Below are positions 51,737 through 64,000 of a DNA stretch of 64,000 nt, one piece after another (positions within the stretch are counted from its first letter, which is position 1; every line of letters starts with the position of its first letter). The DNA comes from Octopus bimaculoides (Eukaryota). The position numbers were made by a program, and so were the translations under genes. The notes below the pieces were generated by a model. The model saw only the letters and a list, made by a program, of their open reading frames with translations. It did no database searches and was not told the DNA's origin. The stretch covers positions 52,675,658 to 52,739,657 of the forward strand of contig NC_068992.1 in assembly GCF_001194135.2 (NCBI RefSeq), given 5' to 3'.

Positions 51737-54284
51737 GTATCACGAGAAAAGCTTTAGTGATTTGAATCCCGTTAAATGAATATTTAATCTACCGAATCAG
51801 CTCTGAAGTTTCATTTAAATTATTTGATATTCTTACGAACAGTTTCAATTTAGCTAGAAATGAATATAAATTATTGTTATCTGAATCCGTGTAAATGTGT
51901 TTAATTTAGTAAGTTTTTGCCTTAGTCAGTATAAAGAAACCTGTAGTGTTTAGTGTTCACCGAGTCAAACTATAACATTCTCTTTAAGAGTAACTGCCGC
52001 CTTCACAGGTTAAACTGAAACAAATGAATTTTTGTTACTTCTATGTTTTCTCTTCGGGATTCACAGAACTTAATTACTAGAACTTGTATCAGGATGCTGT
52101 GTAATGCTTGATTTGTTTTCAGAAATGTATTAGCAATTTTTTTTCACACTGTGTGATTTCCTTTCATATTTTAACATCCATTATTAAGCAAAGTAACAAA
52201 TACTTTAACGAAATGATTAGGCCGGTATAGTGTATAAGATGAAACAAATATTGAAAATACTGGGAATGGTCTGTTGGATACATACAAGGAAAATAAACAT
52301 AAATGCATCATGTTGTGTTATGCACGTATAGTTCCATAATTCTGAGCAACAAGTTTGGTATGACAGTGTTAAGGATCTCTGTCTTCTTTCTCTTTCTGCT
52401 CCTGAGACTTGTTCTGAAATATGACATGGCGGGTGCCTGGGAAGTGGAATTAGAAATTTGACAACATGATTAACATGTCTATCGGCAAAGTGTAATATTT
52501 TATTTACCGCAGTGTGCCATAATTTCATAGTTTCCATTGCTCTGCAAAGTAAACTAATTATATCATCATCGGCTCCAATACGAAAATTTACTACAAATAT
52601 TTATATGTAAAAAAAAAATGTCAACCGAATAAGAGAAAGAACGATATGTTTCCCGCATGTAATTGTAAATGGTATGAAGATTTGATTGTTTGTGCTTGTT
52701 TGTATGCAATGAATGCAATGAATGCTAGTCATTGTATTAGAAAATACACAAGTATATTATACACAGGAAAGGGCAGATATATACAAAAGGTAGGTCAAAT
52801 TTCTGTTGAAAGTTACTTGATACATCAAAGATAAAAAGCAAATCAATTTTGTCAGGAAAATATATTAAATTTAGGAATTTATTTGGACCGATGGCAACGG
52901 TAACAACAAGAGAGAAAAAGCTATGGTATCTCTTTGGAAAATAGATTGACAAAATAATAGGTAAATAAGCAAACACTCCCCATCACAAAATAAAAGACAA
53001 TAACTTTATAAAATATCCTTCATATTTTCATGGAGGGTGTTTACAAAATTCTAGAATTGTAGGAATATTAAATATCTAAATAAAAGACAACATTACGCAA
53101 CTATGTTTTCCCTAGTTTTTACTTTTGTATTGTAGAAAATGAAAACAAAATGGAGGACGGAAGGCTCTTTCAGAGTTGTTGTCTTCGTATTGGCGAATAC
53201 TGTATTGTATGAGAAAACATTACCACTTTATTTCTTAATAAAATATTTCACTGAAGTTATCGTTCAGCTTGGAATTCATAAGAAAAATAATAAAAAAATC
53301 TCATTGTAACAGAAATAACAGTAGTATTTCACACAAACATGGATAACATTATATCTATGTGTGCTGGTGCTGTGCATGTATGCGCGCGAGCACACGCACA
53401 TACACGTATATATATACACACAGACATATATACGTACGTATATAAATATATATATATATATATATATANNNNNNNNNNNNNNNNNNNNNNNNNNNNNNNN
53501 NNNNNNNNNNNNNNNNNNNNNNNNNNNNNNNNNNNNNNNNNNNNNNNNNNNNNNNNNNNNNNNNNNNNNNNNNNNNNNNNNNNNNNNNNNNNNNNNNNNN
53601 NNNNNNNNNNNNNNNNNNNNNNNNNNNNNNNNNNNNNNNNATATATACTTACAAACATATACAAATCTATACATATATATATATATATGTATGTATTACT
53701 GGTTAGATGCACAAGAATAAGAAGCAGGTGTTGATTGATAATGTATTGATAAATATCATGTTATTGTGTGTTATTGTATTAAAGCTGAATATGTGTTTAT
53801 TGTATTCTGTTAAACATCATTATGTTTACAATACACTCATGGAGTAAAATTACAGTGTCTGTAATATTGTTAAAACATAATATAATATGTTATATTTTTG
53901 AATTTCAAACTGTAATGCATTGTGTAGCTTGTGTATTACGAATTATATTGTTAGTATATATCTGCGTTTTTCTATATTTTACTGATGCTTCCGTAATGTC
54001 ATGGAGAATTATTATTCTTATGAAACTTTTTAACGCATTTAATCCCCTCGCATGTTATATTTTTTTAAACATTTGTAGGCTAATTGTTGTATAGTTTTTT
54101 ATAACGCTTGATAAATGAAAATATGGATATATATACTCAATATCTCTCAATATTGAAATATCGGACCATATGTCCCTTAAGTAAGTGGAAAATTTGAGTA
54201 CAATAGATTTCCACAAATAAAATGTAGAGAACTAACTGTGTTAGTCTGTACATGGTCACTGAAACTATTAGAAATATCTCTTGT

Positions 54285-55805
54285 TAGCCGACCCTAGTAA
54301 ATATAATGCATTTTATAATGATTCACTTGAAGACCTTGACACGCCGGACAATGAAATTCCTGATTCTTCTATCGACAAAGAGTACGTAGTTGATTCTAAG
54401 AAAAATGAGCCACGCTTTTTTTAATCAAGAAGATTTGAACGATTTAGTTTGTCAAAGGAGAAGGAAGAAATATTGTAATCGAGACTACAGCAATAGAATC
54501 TTCTACAGCAAGGTACGAAAATGTCCATTCTCCGTTCTCGCAATGAAGGCTTCTCTGTCTTTCCAAACAAGAATATAATGCTTGTTTCTGCACTGAAGTT
54601 AATGCACTTAAGCAAAGACTATGGCAAGTGCATGTGGTTAAAGAATGGAGATGGTTTATAGACTCGAGTAAGTGTAGCCTCAAAGCTGTGTTGTTGCATA
54701 ATGGTAATGAAAAAACCTTCCATTCTGTGGGTTATGCTATCGGTATGGAAGAAACGTATGAATCGATGAAACTCATTCTGAAAGGGGTTAATTGCGCAGT
54801 TCAAAAATGGAATATTTGTGGTGATTTAAAAGTGATTTCCCTCCTCCTGGAACCGCAGCTGGGATATACCAAAAATATGTGCTTCTTGAGTGTTTTGAAG
54901 AGCCGCGACGACAGCAATCATTACACCGTAAAAGACTGGCCTAAAAGAGATGAGTGCATAGTTGGTCTGTACAATGTGCAATATATGTCACTGGTAGACC
55001 TGAAAAAGATCTTCCTTCCACCCCTTTATATTAAACGCAGCCTCATGAAGATCTTCGTAAAAGCAATGGTATATGATGGATGTGGCTTCCAGTAACTAAA
55101 AGTAAAATTTGGTGCAGAGAAAAGTGACGCAAAACTGAAAGCAGGTATTTCCATTGGACCCGAGATCAGAGGTAAACTGAATCCAGTCGAGCTGACGGCA
55201 AAAGATTCATTCGTGTTAGTTGTACAGAACTTTCTTGGAAACCATAGAGCTGAAAACTATGCTGGTTTAACAAAGCAACATGCTAACAGCGTGTTAAAGA
55301 ATGGATTGCTGAATGTCCCTTAAAATACACATCCTACATTCTTATTTCGACTTTTTTCCAACGAATCTTGGTACCATTAGTGATGAGCATAGTGAGGGAT
55401 TTCACCAGGACACATCTGAGACGGAAACAAGGCATCAAGGCCGATTCAATCTATACGTGATTGGTGGCTACTGCTAGTTCCTACAACGGCAGATCAGCGC
55501 AACGCATAAGCGCACGAGCAAGTGTCTCAAAATTTCTAAGCTGAGCATATAAAAAGTAAAGTGTACAATCATATTATAATACTATTTGCATTGTACATAA
55601 ATATATTATTAGAGTAGATATATACCTTGAACTAAATTATTCCTGATACTAATATAGTATTAATATATAATTATGCGCATAATTCGAAATCCTAACCTGC
55701 TACAACAATTCTGAGTTCAGAATCGGAATCAGCGGACTCGATTTAGTTTAGTACAGCACCATTTGCCTGGGTAGCACACAATATTTTTTTTCTTTTTGCC
55801 CAGTG
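54285..55805 (+). mobile_element. Decayed Chapaev-type (CMC superfamily) DNA transposon
   Basis: EWRWFIDSSKCSLKAVLLHNGN...WNICGDLKVISLL...GYTKNMCFL...LPPLYIK; after a stop and shift MSLKIHILHSYFDFFPTNLGTISDEHSEGFHQD. The 3' end ...ttttgccCAGTG at 55805 fits the CAC-type terminus. Family assignment from memory of Chapaev3 transposases. Confidence 0.8.
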
Positions 55806-56098
55806 TTTTCAACGTATATTTAAACATATAAGAGTTATTTCCGTATTTGCCAAAATTAACATATAAGATTGATTGTATTCCTACTTATCCGAGTGCTTGT
55901 TTAACGGATCATTGACTGAAGTAGCATTTCTAGAACATAATACCCTATTAGCAACTGAAGTATTTTCAGTAATAGATTTAAAGATTGTAATCTTCGTAGC
56001 TGTTCAGCTCAAGAGGTTTGCAGTTGGATACGTACCAAAAACACCAAAAGTAATAACGAATTACAAATTAACTATTCAGTATATATTATGTTTAACAG

Positions 56099-56210
56099 AT
56101 GGTATTTCGATGAGAATTTCTGTCTTCCATCACGTCACTTTACATTTGATCATATTTCTCAATACATTGAGGAAATGTGTTCAGTTGTGTCTGCTGTAGT
56201 TTGGAGTTGA
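56099..56210 (+). CDS. Candidate terminal coding exon, unidentified protein
   Basis: Acceptor ttatgtttaacAG with upstream TTAAC; WYFDENFCLPSRHFTFDHISQYIEEMCSVVSAVVWS*. Confidence 0.3.
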
Positions 56211-56596
56211 CCAATGCTTTGAGAGTAGAATTCCGTAAGCGGAGAATGTGATCATGCTTCTTGCTGCAACACAAACACTTATTTCTACACAAATACATAC
56301 ATACGTACATTTATACATACATGCATACATACATTTGGTACTCTCGAATCTATTCACCTCAAGGCGTGAAGATACACAGCTAAGTGTTGAGTCACAAAAA
56401 TGTAATAGCGTATATAATATATGAAATACACACCCTTTAACATCTGATACTAATTGTAGTGATTTGGATTAAAGCCTGATCATTTCATCTCCTTATATTA
56501 AAATACGTACAAACATACATACATACACATATATTGTTTGACATAAGGTCAGTAGTTTCTGGAAGGAGTTAAGTCAAATCCAGAGTCCAATAGCCA

Positions 56597-56729
56597 CTTA
56601 TTTAACCAACCCCAATTGGATGAAAGGCATAATCGACCTCGGCAGCTTTGAACACAGAACGTGAAAACCGACAAAATGCTGCATAGCATTTTGTTCGGCA
56701 CAGTAATAATTCCGCCAGCTCACCGCTTT
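56597..56729 (-). mobile_element. SINE family B, 5' two-thirds
   Basis: Minus strand gcggtgagctggcggaatt...gttcaaagctgccgaggtcgattatgcctttcatcc. Confidence 0.75.
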
Positions 56730-57775
56730 GCTGTAGAGTAATATTGCCTTGTCTGGAAGCATTTGAGTAGAAGTGATAGCAGTGGCATTCGGGCGTAGAA
56801 AATTTACCTCAAAGAAATCTCTCCCACATGATATCGTGGACAACGCATACCAAGGGATGAAGAAAGGAGAAACACCATGGAAATGCTTCTTCATTGCTTG
56901 AATTTTAAAATACGATACACAAATAAGCGTAAGCAACCATCCTTCAAATCCGTACAAGACAACCATCCTTCACAAACACATTATACACAAATCTCATTTA
57001 TTTACTCGGCGACTAGAATAATAGCTCTATATGTCTCACCATATTTTCTGCTTTTCATACAACGGCCAAAACAAATCTCCGAAAAACATGTTTTGCAAAT
57101 TATCCTTTACATCTGTATTGTTTACTACAATGCTGTGCTTCAATTTATTCTATTAAACCATGCTGCCACATTGAGTCATTCTTAATCTATCCTCGGATTA
57201 TAGTGATGATAAAATGATTAAAAGAATATGGTAGTAATTTATTAGATATTTCTATAAATCCACTGCTGTATATTTCTGTTTGTGCACGGTATTATTTAGC
57301 CGGCATTTGCTTCGTTATATTGCAGATTAGGCAAACGAATCTAGTCCTGTCCAAATTTGCGAGTAGGATAAATAGATGAAATCCTGTTATTTCAGTGAAC
57401 GGAAAATTTAGCAACTGATCAGCAAAGCGAGTTCATTATAAGTGAAATTTGGACAGATTCATGTAGTTTTCTACCTGACAGGAGGATAATGAAACACTGC
57501 TGTTTATTCATGGTGCCTAATATTAATATCATAACTGAAAATGGAGCAATATATGCGTTTACTAAAAAATATACTCCCGTAAATATTGTAAATATATATA
57601 TAAGGATGAGATCGTTGTTTAAAATACCGATCACATCAGGTGGGTGGCATGGAAATAAAAACCTCATAGGTAATAATTATTATTAAAATTATAATTAAAG
57701 GTATCTAATTGATACCATCATGCTAGATGTAGCAGTCAACACTTGACTCTAAAACCACATCAAAATATTCATATA

Positions 57776-58701
57776 NNNNNNNNNNNNNNNNNNNNNNNNN
57801 NNNNNNNNNNNNNNNNNNNNNNNNNNNNNNNNNNNNNNNNNNNNNNNNNNNNNNNNNNNNNNNNNNNNNNNNNNNNNNNNNNNNNNNNNNNNNNNNNNNN
57901 NNNNNNNNNNNNNNNNNNNNNNNNNNNNNNNNNNNNNNNNNNNNNNNNNNNNNNNNNNNNNNNNNNNNNNNNNNNNNNNNNNNNNNNNNNNNNNNNNNNN
58001 NNNNNNNNNNNNNNNNNNNNNNNNNNNNNNNNNNNNNNNNNNNNNNNNNNNNNNNNNNNNNNNNNNNNNNNNNNNNNNNNNNNNNNNNNNNNNNNNNNNN
58101 NNNNNNNNNNNNNNNNNNNNNNNNNNNNNNNNNNNNNNNNNNNNNNNNNNNNNNNNNNNNNNNNNNNNNNNNNNNNNNNNNNNNNNNNNNNNNNNNNNNN
58201 NNNNNNNNNNNNNNNNNNNNNNNNNNNNNNNNNNNNNNNNNNNNNNNNNNNNNNNNNNNNNNNNNNNNNNNNNNNNNNNNNNNNNNNNNNNNNNNNNNNN
58301 NNNNNNNNNNNNNNNNNNNNNNNNNNNNNNNNNNNNNNNNNNNNNNNNNNNNNNNNNNNNNNNNNNNNNNNNNNNNNNNNNNNNNNNNNNNNNNNNNNNN
58401 NNNNNNNNNNNNNNNNNNNNNNNNNNNNNNNNNNNNNNNNNNNNNNNNNNNNNNNNNNNNNNNNNNNNNNNNNNNNNNNNNNNNNNNNNNNNNNNNNNNN
58501 NNNNNNNNNNNNNNNNNNNNNNNNNNNNNNNNNNNNNNNNNNNNNNNNNNNNNNNNNNNNNNNNNNNNNNNNNNNNNNNNNNNNNNNNNNNNNNNNNNNN
58601 NNNNNNNNNNNNNNNNNNNNNNNNNNNNNNNNNNNNNNNNNNNNNNNNNNNNNNNNNNNNNNNNNNNNNNNNNNNNNNNNNNNNNNNNNNNNNNNNNNNN
58701 N
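57776..58701. other. Largest assembly gap (other gaps: 9745-9754, 13821-14076, 18840-18977, 25319-25455, 37323-37434, 42617-42644, 43787-43850, 48018-48105, 53469-53640)
   Basis: Runs of N, mostly bordered by (TA)n. Confidence 1.
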
Positions 58702-58902
58702 CACTAATCAAGTGAGTGTTTTTTATAAATTGAATTTTTCAAGAAAATTTACTTTCTGAAGTTCCTTTTGTTATTGAATATTTCAAGTTCACAAATTTAA
58801 ATGTTCGTTACGAGATTATTTATACGATTTTTTCATTTCGTGTTTATTTCATTCAATTTTTGCAATGTTCTCTCCTTCTCTCTTTCTCTCTCTCTCGCTC
58901 TG

Positions 58903-58943
<41 letters not shown>

Positions 58944-59243
58944 GTCTGTCTGTCTGTTTCTATCTATCTGTCTGTTTCTATCTATCTATCTGATTCTATC
59001 TATCTGTCTGTTTCTATCTCTCTCACACACACATACACAAAGTCTCTGTAATACAAACACACACACTCCAGCAGAAAACCGCCCAGAGGGCAGTCATTCT
59101 GCAAGTATATATATACATACATAATCACACATACACACACACATATATATATACGTATTCATGTATGTGTGTACATGTGTGGGTGTGTGTGTCCGTGCGC
59201 TTGAATTTGTACATTATTTCTGTAGCCAATATGCGAACATTTA

Positions 59244-59349
<106 letters not shown>

Positions 59350-61502
59350 AAGAGTGAGTAAATGAGAGAGTTAAATATATAGGTAGAAAGAGGGGTAGCT
59401 AGGTAGCTAGATATATTGATATAGATAGTTATAGATATGTAGATATATGCATACACACTTGCGCACACGCAAATGTGTTTTAATGTGCAACTGTGTGAGC
59501 GACTGTAGACTATTTTATATCGATGCATGAAATAATGTGTAATAAAATAAAGTTGCATCGTGATACTTATGATGAAATATGCTTGTACAGCTAGAGGGGA
59601 AAATTTCTGATCCATTAACAAATCAAATAAAGACTTATGGCTGAAATTTTTATCAGCAAATGAATAACACGAAGGAATATAACCGATTATAAGGTTTCTG
59701 CTGGAATATCTATGTTGTCTAAAGTGTATCATGCATCGATCTAAGCATGGGTAGAGTAGTTGTAGAAATAAGTCATTGTATATTTCCACTGTAATTCTCT
59801 TGTTAATCATTCGGATTTAATAGCTGCGTCATATCCCTGTGATAGCTACTCGCAAAAGTCAGTTAATGAAGGAGTCCCTAAGTGTTAGCCGACCTATTAG
59901 AAATTGCAGTTAAACACCATTGAAATTACTGGAAACTAATGTCCCAGATTAAAGATGTTCGACTGGGGTATTATTGTAATTTCTGTAAATGTTTTCCAGG
60001 TTAATATTGCAGCAGACAAAGTTTAGTTCGATCTAAAATGTTCACTACTTCCTATGCAAATGAAAATAAAACAATATTAAACCAAATCGTCTCGTAAAGT
60101 GAAACATGTCTTTTCTCTTGTTTAACCACCAGTCAATCTTATCCCTGTAGATCTAAGATCGATGGCGTTCTATAATAGGCAAGCAATGGTTTCCGTTTTG
60201 TTACATCATTTTAAAATCTTCCTGGTTCACTACTGACCTTTGAACGAGAGAAAATGCAATAAACTCTACAAATCTACGTTCATATATATGTTCATATATT
60301 TCATATATGTATATGTGTGCGTTTTCGTAACCTACGATACACTATGCTTACGAATTTGGTGGAAATCTGGTTGGGTATCATTATTATTAGTTATAAAATT
60401 CATAGTTAGTTGTTTCTCACGAATTCAGTAAAGAATTTTGTATCATTTTGACTTAGGTTGATATTATGTTGCAAGCGTCTTAATTCTATTCGCTTAAAAT
60501 TTGATTTTATCTCCGACCGTGTGATGTAAATGAAGTAATTTCGTTGTGTGACTACATGTCTAAGCAGCTAAAAGTCAGACAAAAATGTAAAATCATATTT
60601 TCATTATTTATTGAAGTGTCATAATTGTCGTCACACTATTGTAACTTGCTCACTGACTCAGTTGCAATGCAGACAGTACCACTGACAATGGGAAGTTTGA
60701 CACATGAATAATTAAATGAAGACTGAATTTGAAAGTTTTTGTGAGCTTCTACATGTTTAAGCTATTCGTCAACGTCGATAGCTATGTCATATATCATAGT
60801 AGCATGTATGTTTATGCAATAAGACTACAGAAAGGCTGAGAGGGTTGGTGGTGGTAGTCATGGTAATCACTTGCCTAACTTCCAGGCGTACATCTAGAAA
60901 ATGCAACTATATCAACAATTTTGATTGGCTTTGAATTCGATTTTCCCGAAAAGTTTATCCTTTGTAGTACGGTACCAAATAACTCCGCTTTCACACGCAA
61001 CACATTCGCTTCTAGGAACTTCTGTGACGTGAATTTCGGTTCACTATGTCTATATTATGATGTTACCTAAGTTTTACGGAACGACAGAAGAGGATGCTCT
61101 AGGGAAAAAAGAAAAAAAAGCATTAGTAATATCATGGTATTTAGTTATGTCTATAAAATCTTGTATCGATTGATTTGATATTCATCTCAATGTGGATAAA
61201 TAAAACTGGTGACAGACGTGTACTGGTGCCGAGTTAGCGTTCTAATACTTATTACCTACAATTTTCTGTCTTCTACCACTCTGAAGAATCAATGTTCAAA
61301 TATTTTTCTTGTTCGTGTGATTCTAAATTCACTGGATTGTATGTTCTTAGCCCAGTCGACAACATTACACGATATTTTAATTTGTTGTTCGTTTTTCTTT
61401 AATTTACTTCAAAAATATTTTTCATTTCCATCTTCGCATACGCTTTTATAATATATCGCTTACAAATTCAAATTTCACTTCTCCTCTCTCTCTCCCTCTT
61501 TC

Positions 61503-61543
<41 letters not shown>

Positions 61544-62375
61544 TAGGTTTATATTATTTTACATGGTTATTTTATATTTTACTTTCAAACTTATTCATTC
61601 CCTACTTCCCTGCAATTGCTTACACGCTTGTTGAATATTTCCAATATTCTATTTCCTTACGTCAAACAGCGAGCTTCAGCGGACAATAATGTAAAGTGGA
61701 AAAATCAAACAAAAGAAAAAAAAATACCGCAAGATTAAGTGAACACAACCTACTCCAAGACAGAAAAGCAACAACTATTACTGCAATGCATCGACGCTAA
61801 CACAACCGACATCACAAGAAAATAACAACAAAAACAGTTATAAGAGTAGCACAACAAAGATTATAAAAGGATTGATTAGTTTTATTGTGAAACATTCAAA
61901 CATGCTGAGGTTGTGATAAACTACAAAACTTTACGACTACAGCATCAGGAATCCACAAACGATGACGACGACGACAGCAGCGGCGGTGAGAGCAACAACA
62001 AATGCTACTACTACTACAATCACCGAAATAACAACAGCTACAATAGCTTCATCAATAATAACAACCAAAACCAAAACAGCAAGAAGCAGAAGTAAATAAC
62101 AGAAACGTTTCTAAATGAAAAGTCATCAGATAGAATGTATTTACGTTGTATAAGGAGAAGTCGTGTGCGCTAAGTGAATGTAAGTGAAACATTATATAAG
62201 AAATAGGTAAATAGAAAGAGAATAAGGAAAACACTAAACTATAACAAATATAAAACAAGATAGAACGGTCAGGATATGACTGTTAATAGGAATAAATCAA
62301 GAGTTTGTAAGTAATTCCAAGTAATTTAAAAATCTCCATGTTAGTACGTGTATGTTTGTACAAATATATATGTAA

Positions 62376-62436
<61 letters not shown>

Positions 62437-63094
62437 CACATTAATATACACGCACGTGTGTGTGTGTGTTGCATACACACATACACATGTGTGTATGTGT
62501 ATGTGCACGTATAAGAAATCCATTTTGAAAACAAAAGTGACAGAAAAAATTTTGCTCTACAGGATGTATATATACAGGTAAATTAAGCAGCCAAACCACT
62601 ATCGCTAATTACCGCATCATTAAACTTATCGAATTTCACCCTATTTTTCTTGGCTTCCATTACGTTTACTAATTCACAAAGAAACGGAAAATGCTGGTCG
62701 TCTTATTTAGTTTTCGAATATCTTATTTTATTTTATTACATTTTATTTCAATTTATTTTATTTTGTTTTATTTAATTTTATTTCATATAACTCCATATAT
62801 TTAGTTTAGATCACAATTTAGTTTCTTAGAACTGATTCTCGCAAACAATTAAAGTGATGAGATGGATAAGATTTATAATCATTATTTTTATTTCTTGTAT
62901 ACATGGGTCTCTTAGTAAATTTCATTTGGACTGCTGGATAGAATATATTGAATCCAGTGTGTTTCTGAAATGGTGGCATTAGGTACCAGGAATACAATGT
63001 TGGAAAATAAAATCCGCGGCATTCGAATATATTCGAACAAGATTGATAGATAAAAGATTTTGCAAAAAATATGCTATTTCTCCCTTAAGCTTTC

Positions 63095-63405
63095 TAAGAA
63101 CCAGGAGGTGTGCCACTTTTGTTTTGCCTTGCTCCAAGACCCGTTGCCACACCTGTCGGTTGATCACCAGCACCAGCACCACCCTCACTGGAACCAACCA
63201 ACACGTTATCCATATCCGGGATTTTTTGTCCGGCATTTTTGTTCTACGAATCACTGTATCAAACACTTCGCTGTCTTCGGCCTGACCTTGCACTATGGGA
63301 GCAGCGCAATTAGACTTTGCCCAGGACAGCGCTACATCTTTTCTCTTTGAACTCATACACCGCTTCGACTTAACGCCCGTTCCTTCTTGTCACAACTTCA
63401 ACCAT
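63095..63405 (+). mobile_element. Penelope-like element fragment (zinc-finger linker and GIY-YIG C-terminus), internally deleted
   Basis: PCSKTRCHTCRLITSTSTTLTGTNQHVIHIRDF joined by a frame change to VRHFCSTNHCIKHFAVFGLTLH...RLCPGQRYIFSL*THTPLRLN, matching PC...RC.TC..I and HF....H.......E...IF.L.T..P.GLN. Confidence 0.8.
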
Positions 63406-64000
63406 CATTTTCCTCTTCTATTGTTATAATTTAGGTCTTGCTTTTTTTTATCTTTAGCTTCTTTTCCTTTATTTTTTGTTTTACTTTTTGGCTTTCCTGT
63501 TTACATTTTTTTGATTTGCCTACATATATACATATACATATGCTACCTCGTGTGCCCTATTATAATCATAGATTAACTATAACATTTTGGATTTGCCAGT
63601 TATTGGCTTTTTTTCCTTGCTTGCCACTTATATTATTGTTGTTATTATTCATTTTACTAATGATAATAATTAATAATAATATTTATATAAATATTTTCGA
63701 ATATTTATTCATTTAATAGTTTTATACACAGACACCATTTTTGTATTTGGCGCTATCTTTTCTGCTATTAGCAAGCGCAGCGAAAGTAGCAAAGTTTTTA
63801 ACCCTAGGTATATAGTGAGACCTATTGATAAGGATTAAGAGAGCTAAGCTCTCAAAATTCGAAATCAGATGATCCAGGAATATCTATTTCCTCATTCTAC
63901 AGGGTTCTGCTGAGATGGTGATTTTTTTTAGAGGAATGCTGGTGCCTCGTTTGCTCTAATATAATTATAAATTAATTACAAAATTGTATATATGCATATA

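Noticed and set aside
62100-62135. Minus-strand CUGAUGA...GAAACGUUUC
   Set aside because: No stem II or stem I pairing.

Overview
AT-rich, microsatellite-dense eukaryotic DNA with ten assembly gaps, most flanked by (TA)n. The repeat content is what I would expect from an octopod cephalopod (inference, not searched). No intact multi-exon gene can be supported. The window holds at least three tRNA-headed SINE families (about 11 full or partial copies) and decayed fragments of four autonomous element types: RTE LINE, Helitron with its 3' hairpin and CTAG end, Chapaev-type DNA transposase, and a Penelope-like GIY-YIG region with an internal deletion. It also has two foldback/MITE-like hairpins, a 40-bp minisatellite and a few weak candidate exons, one a C2H2 zinc-finger half running into a gap. 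The most notable signal is five mutually dissimilar type I hammerhead-ribozyme-like motifs, all on the minus strand. One has an unusually long branched stem II (48511-48598) and one has a compensatory U3-A8 core (17371-17417). All folds and alignments were done by eye.
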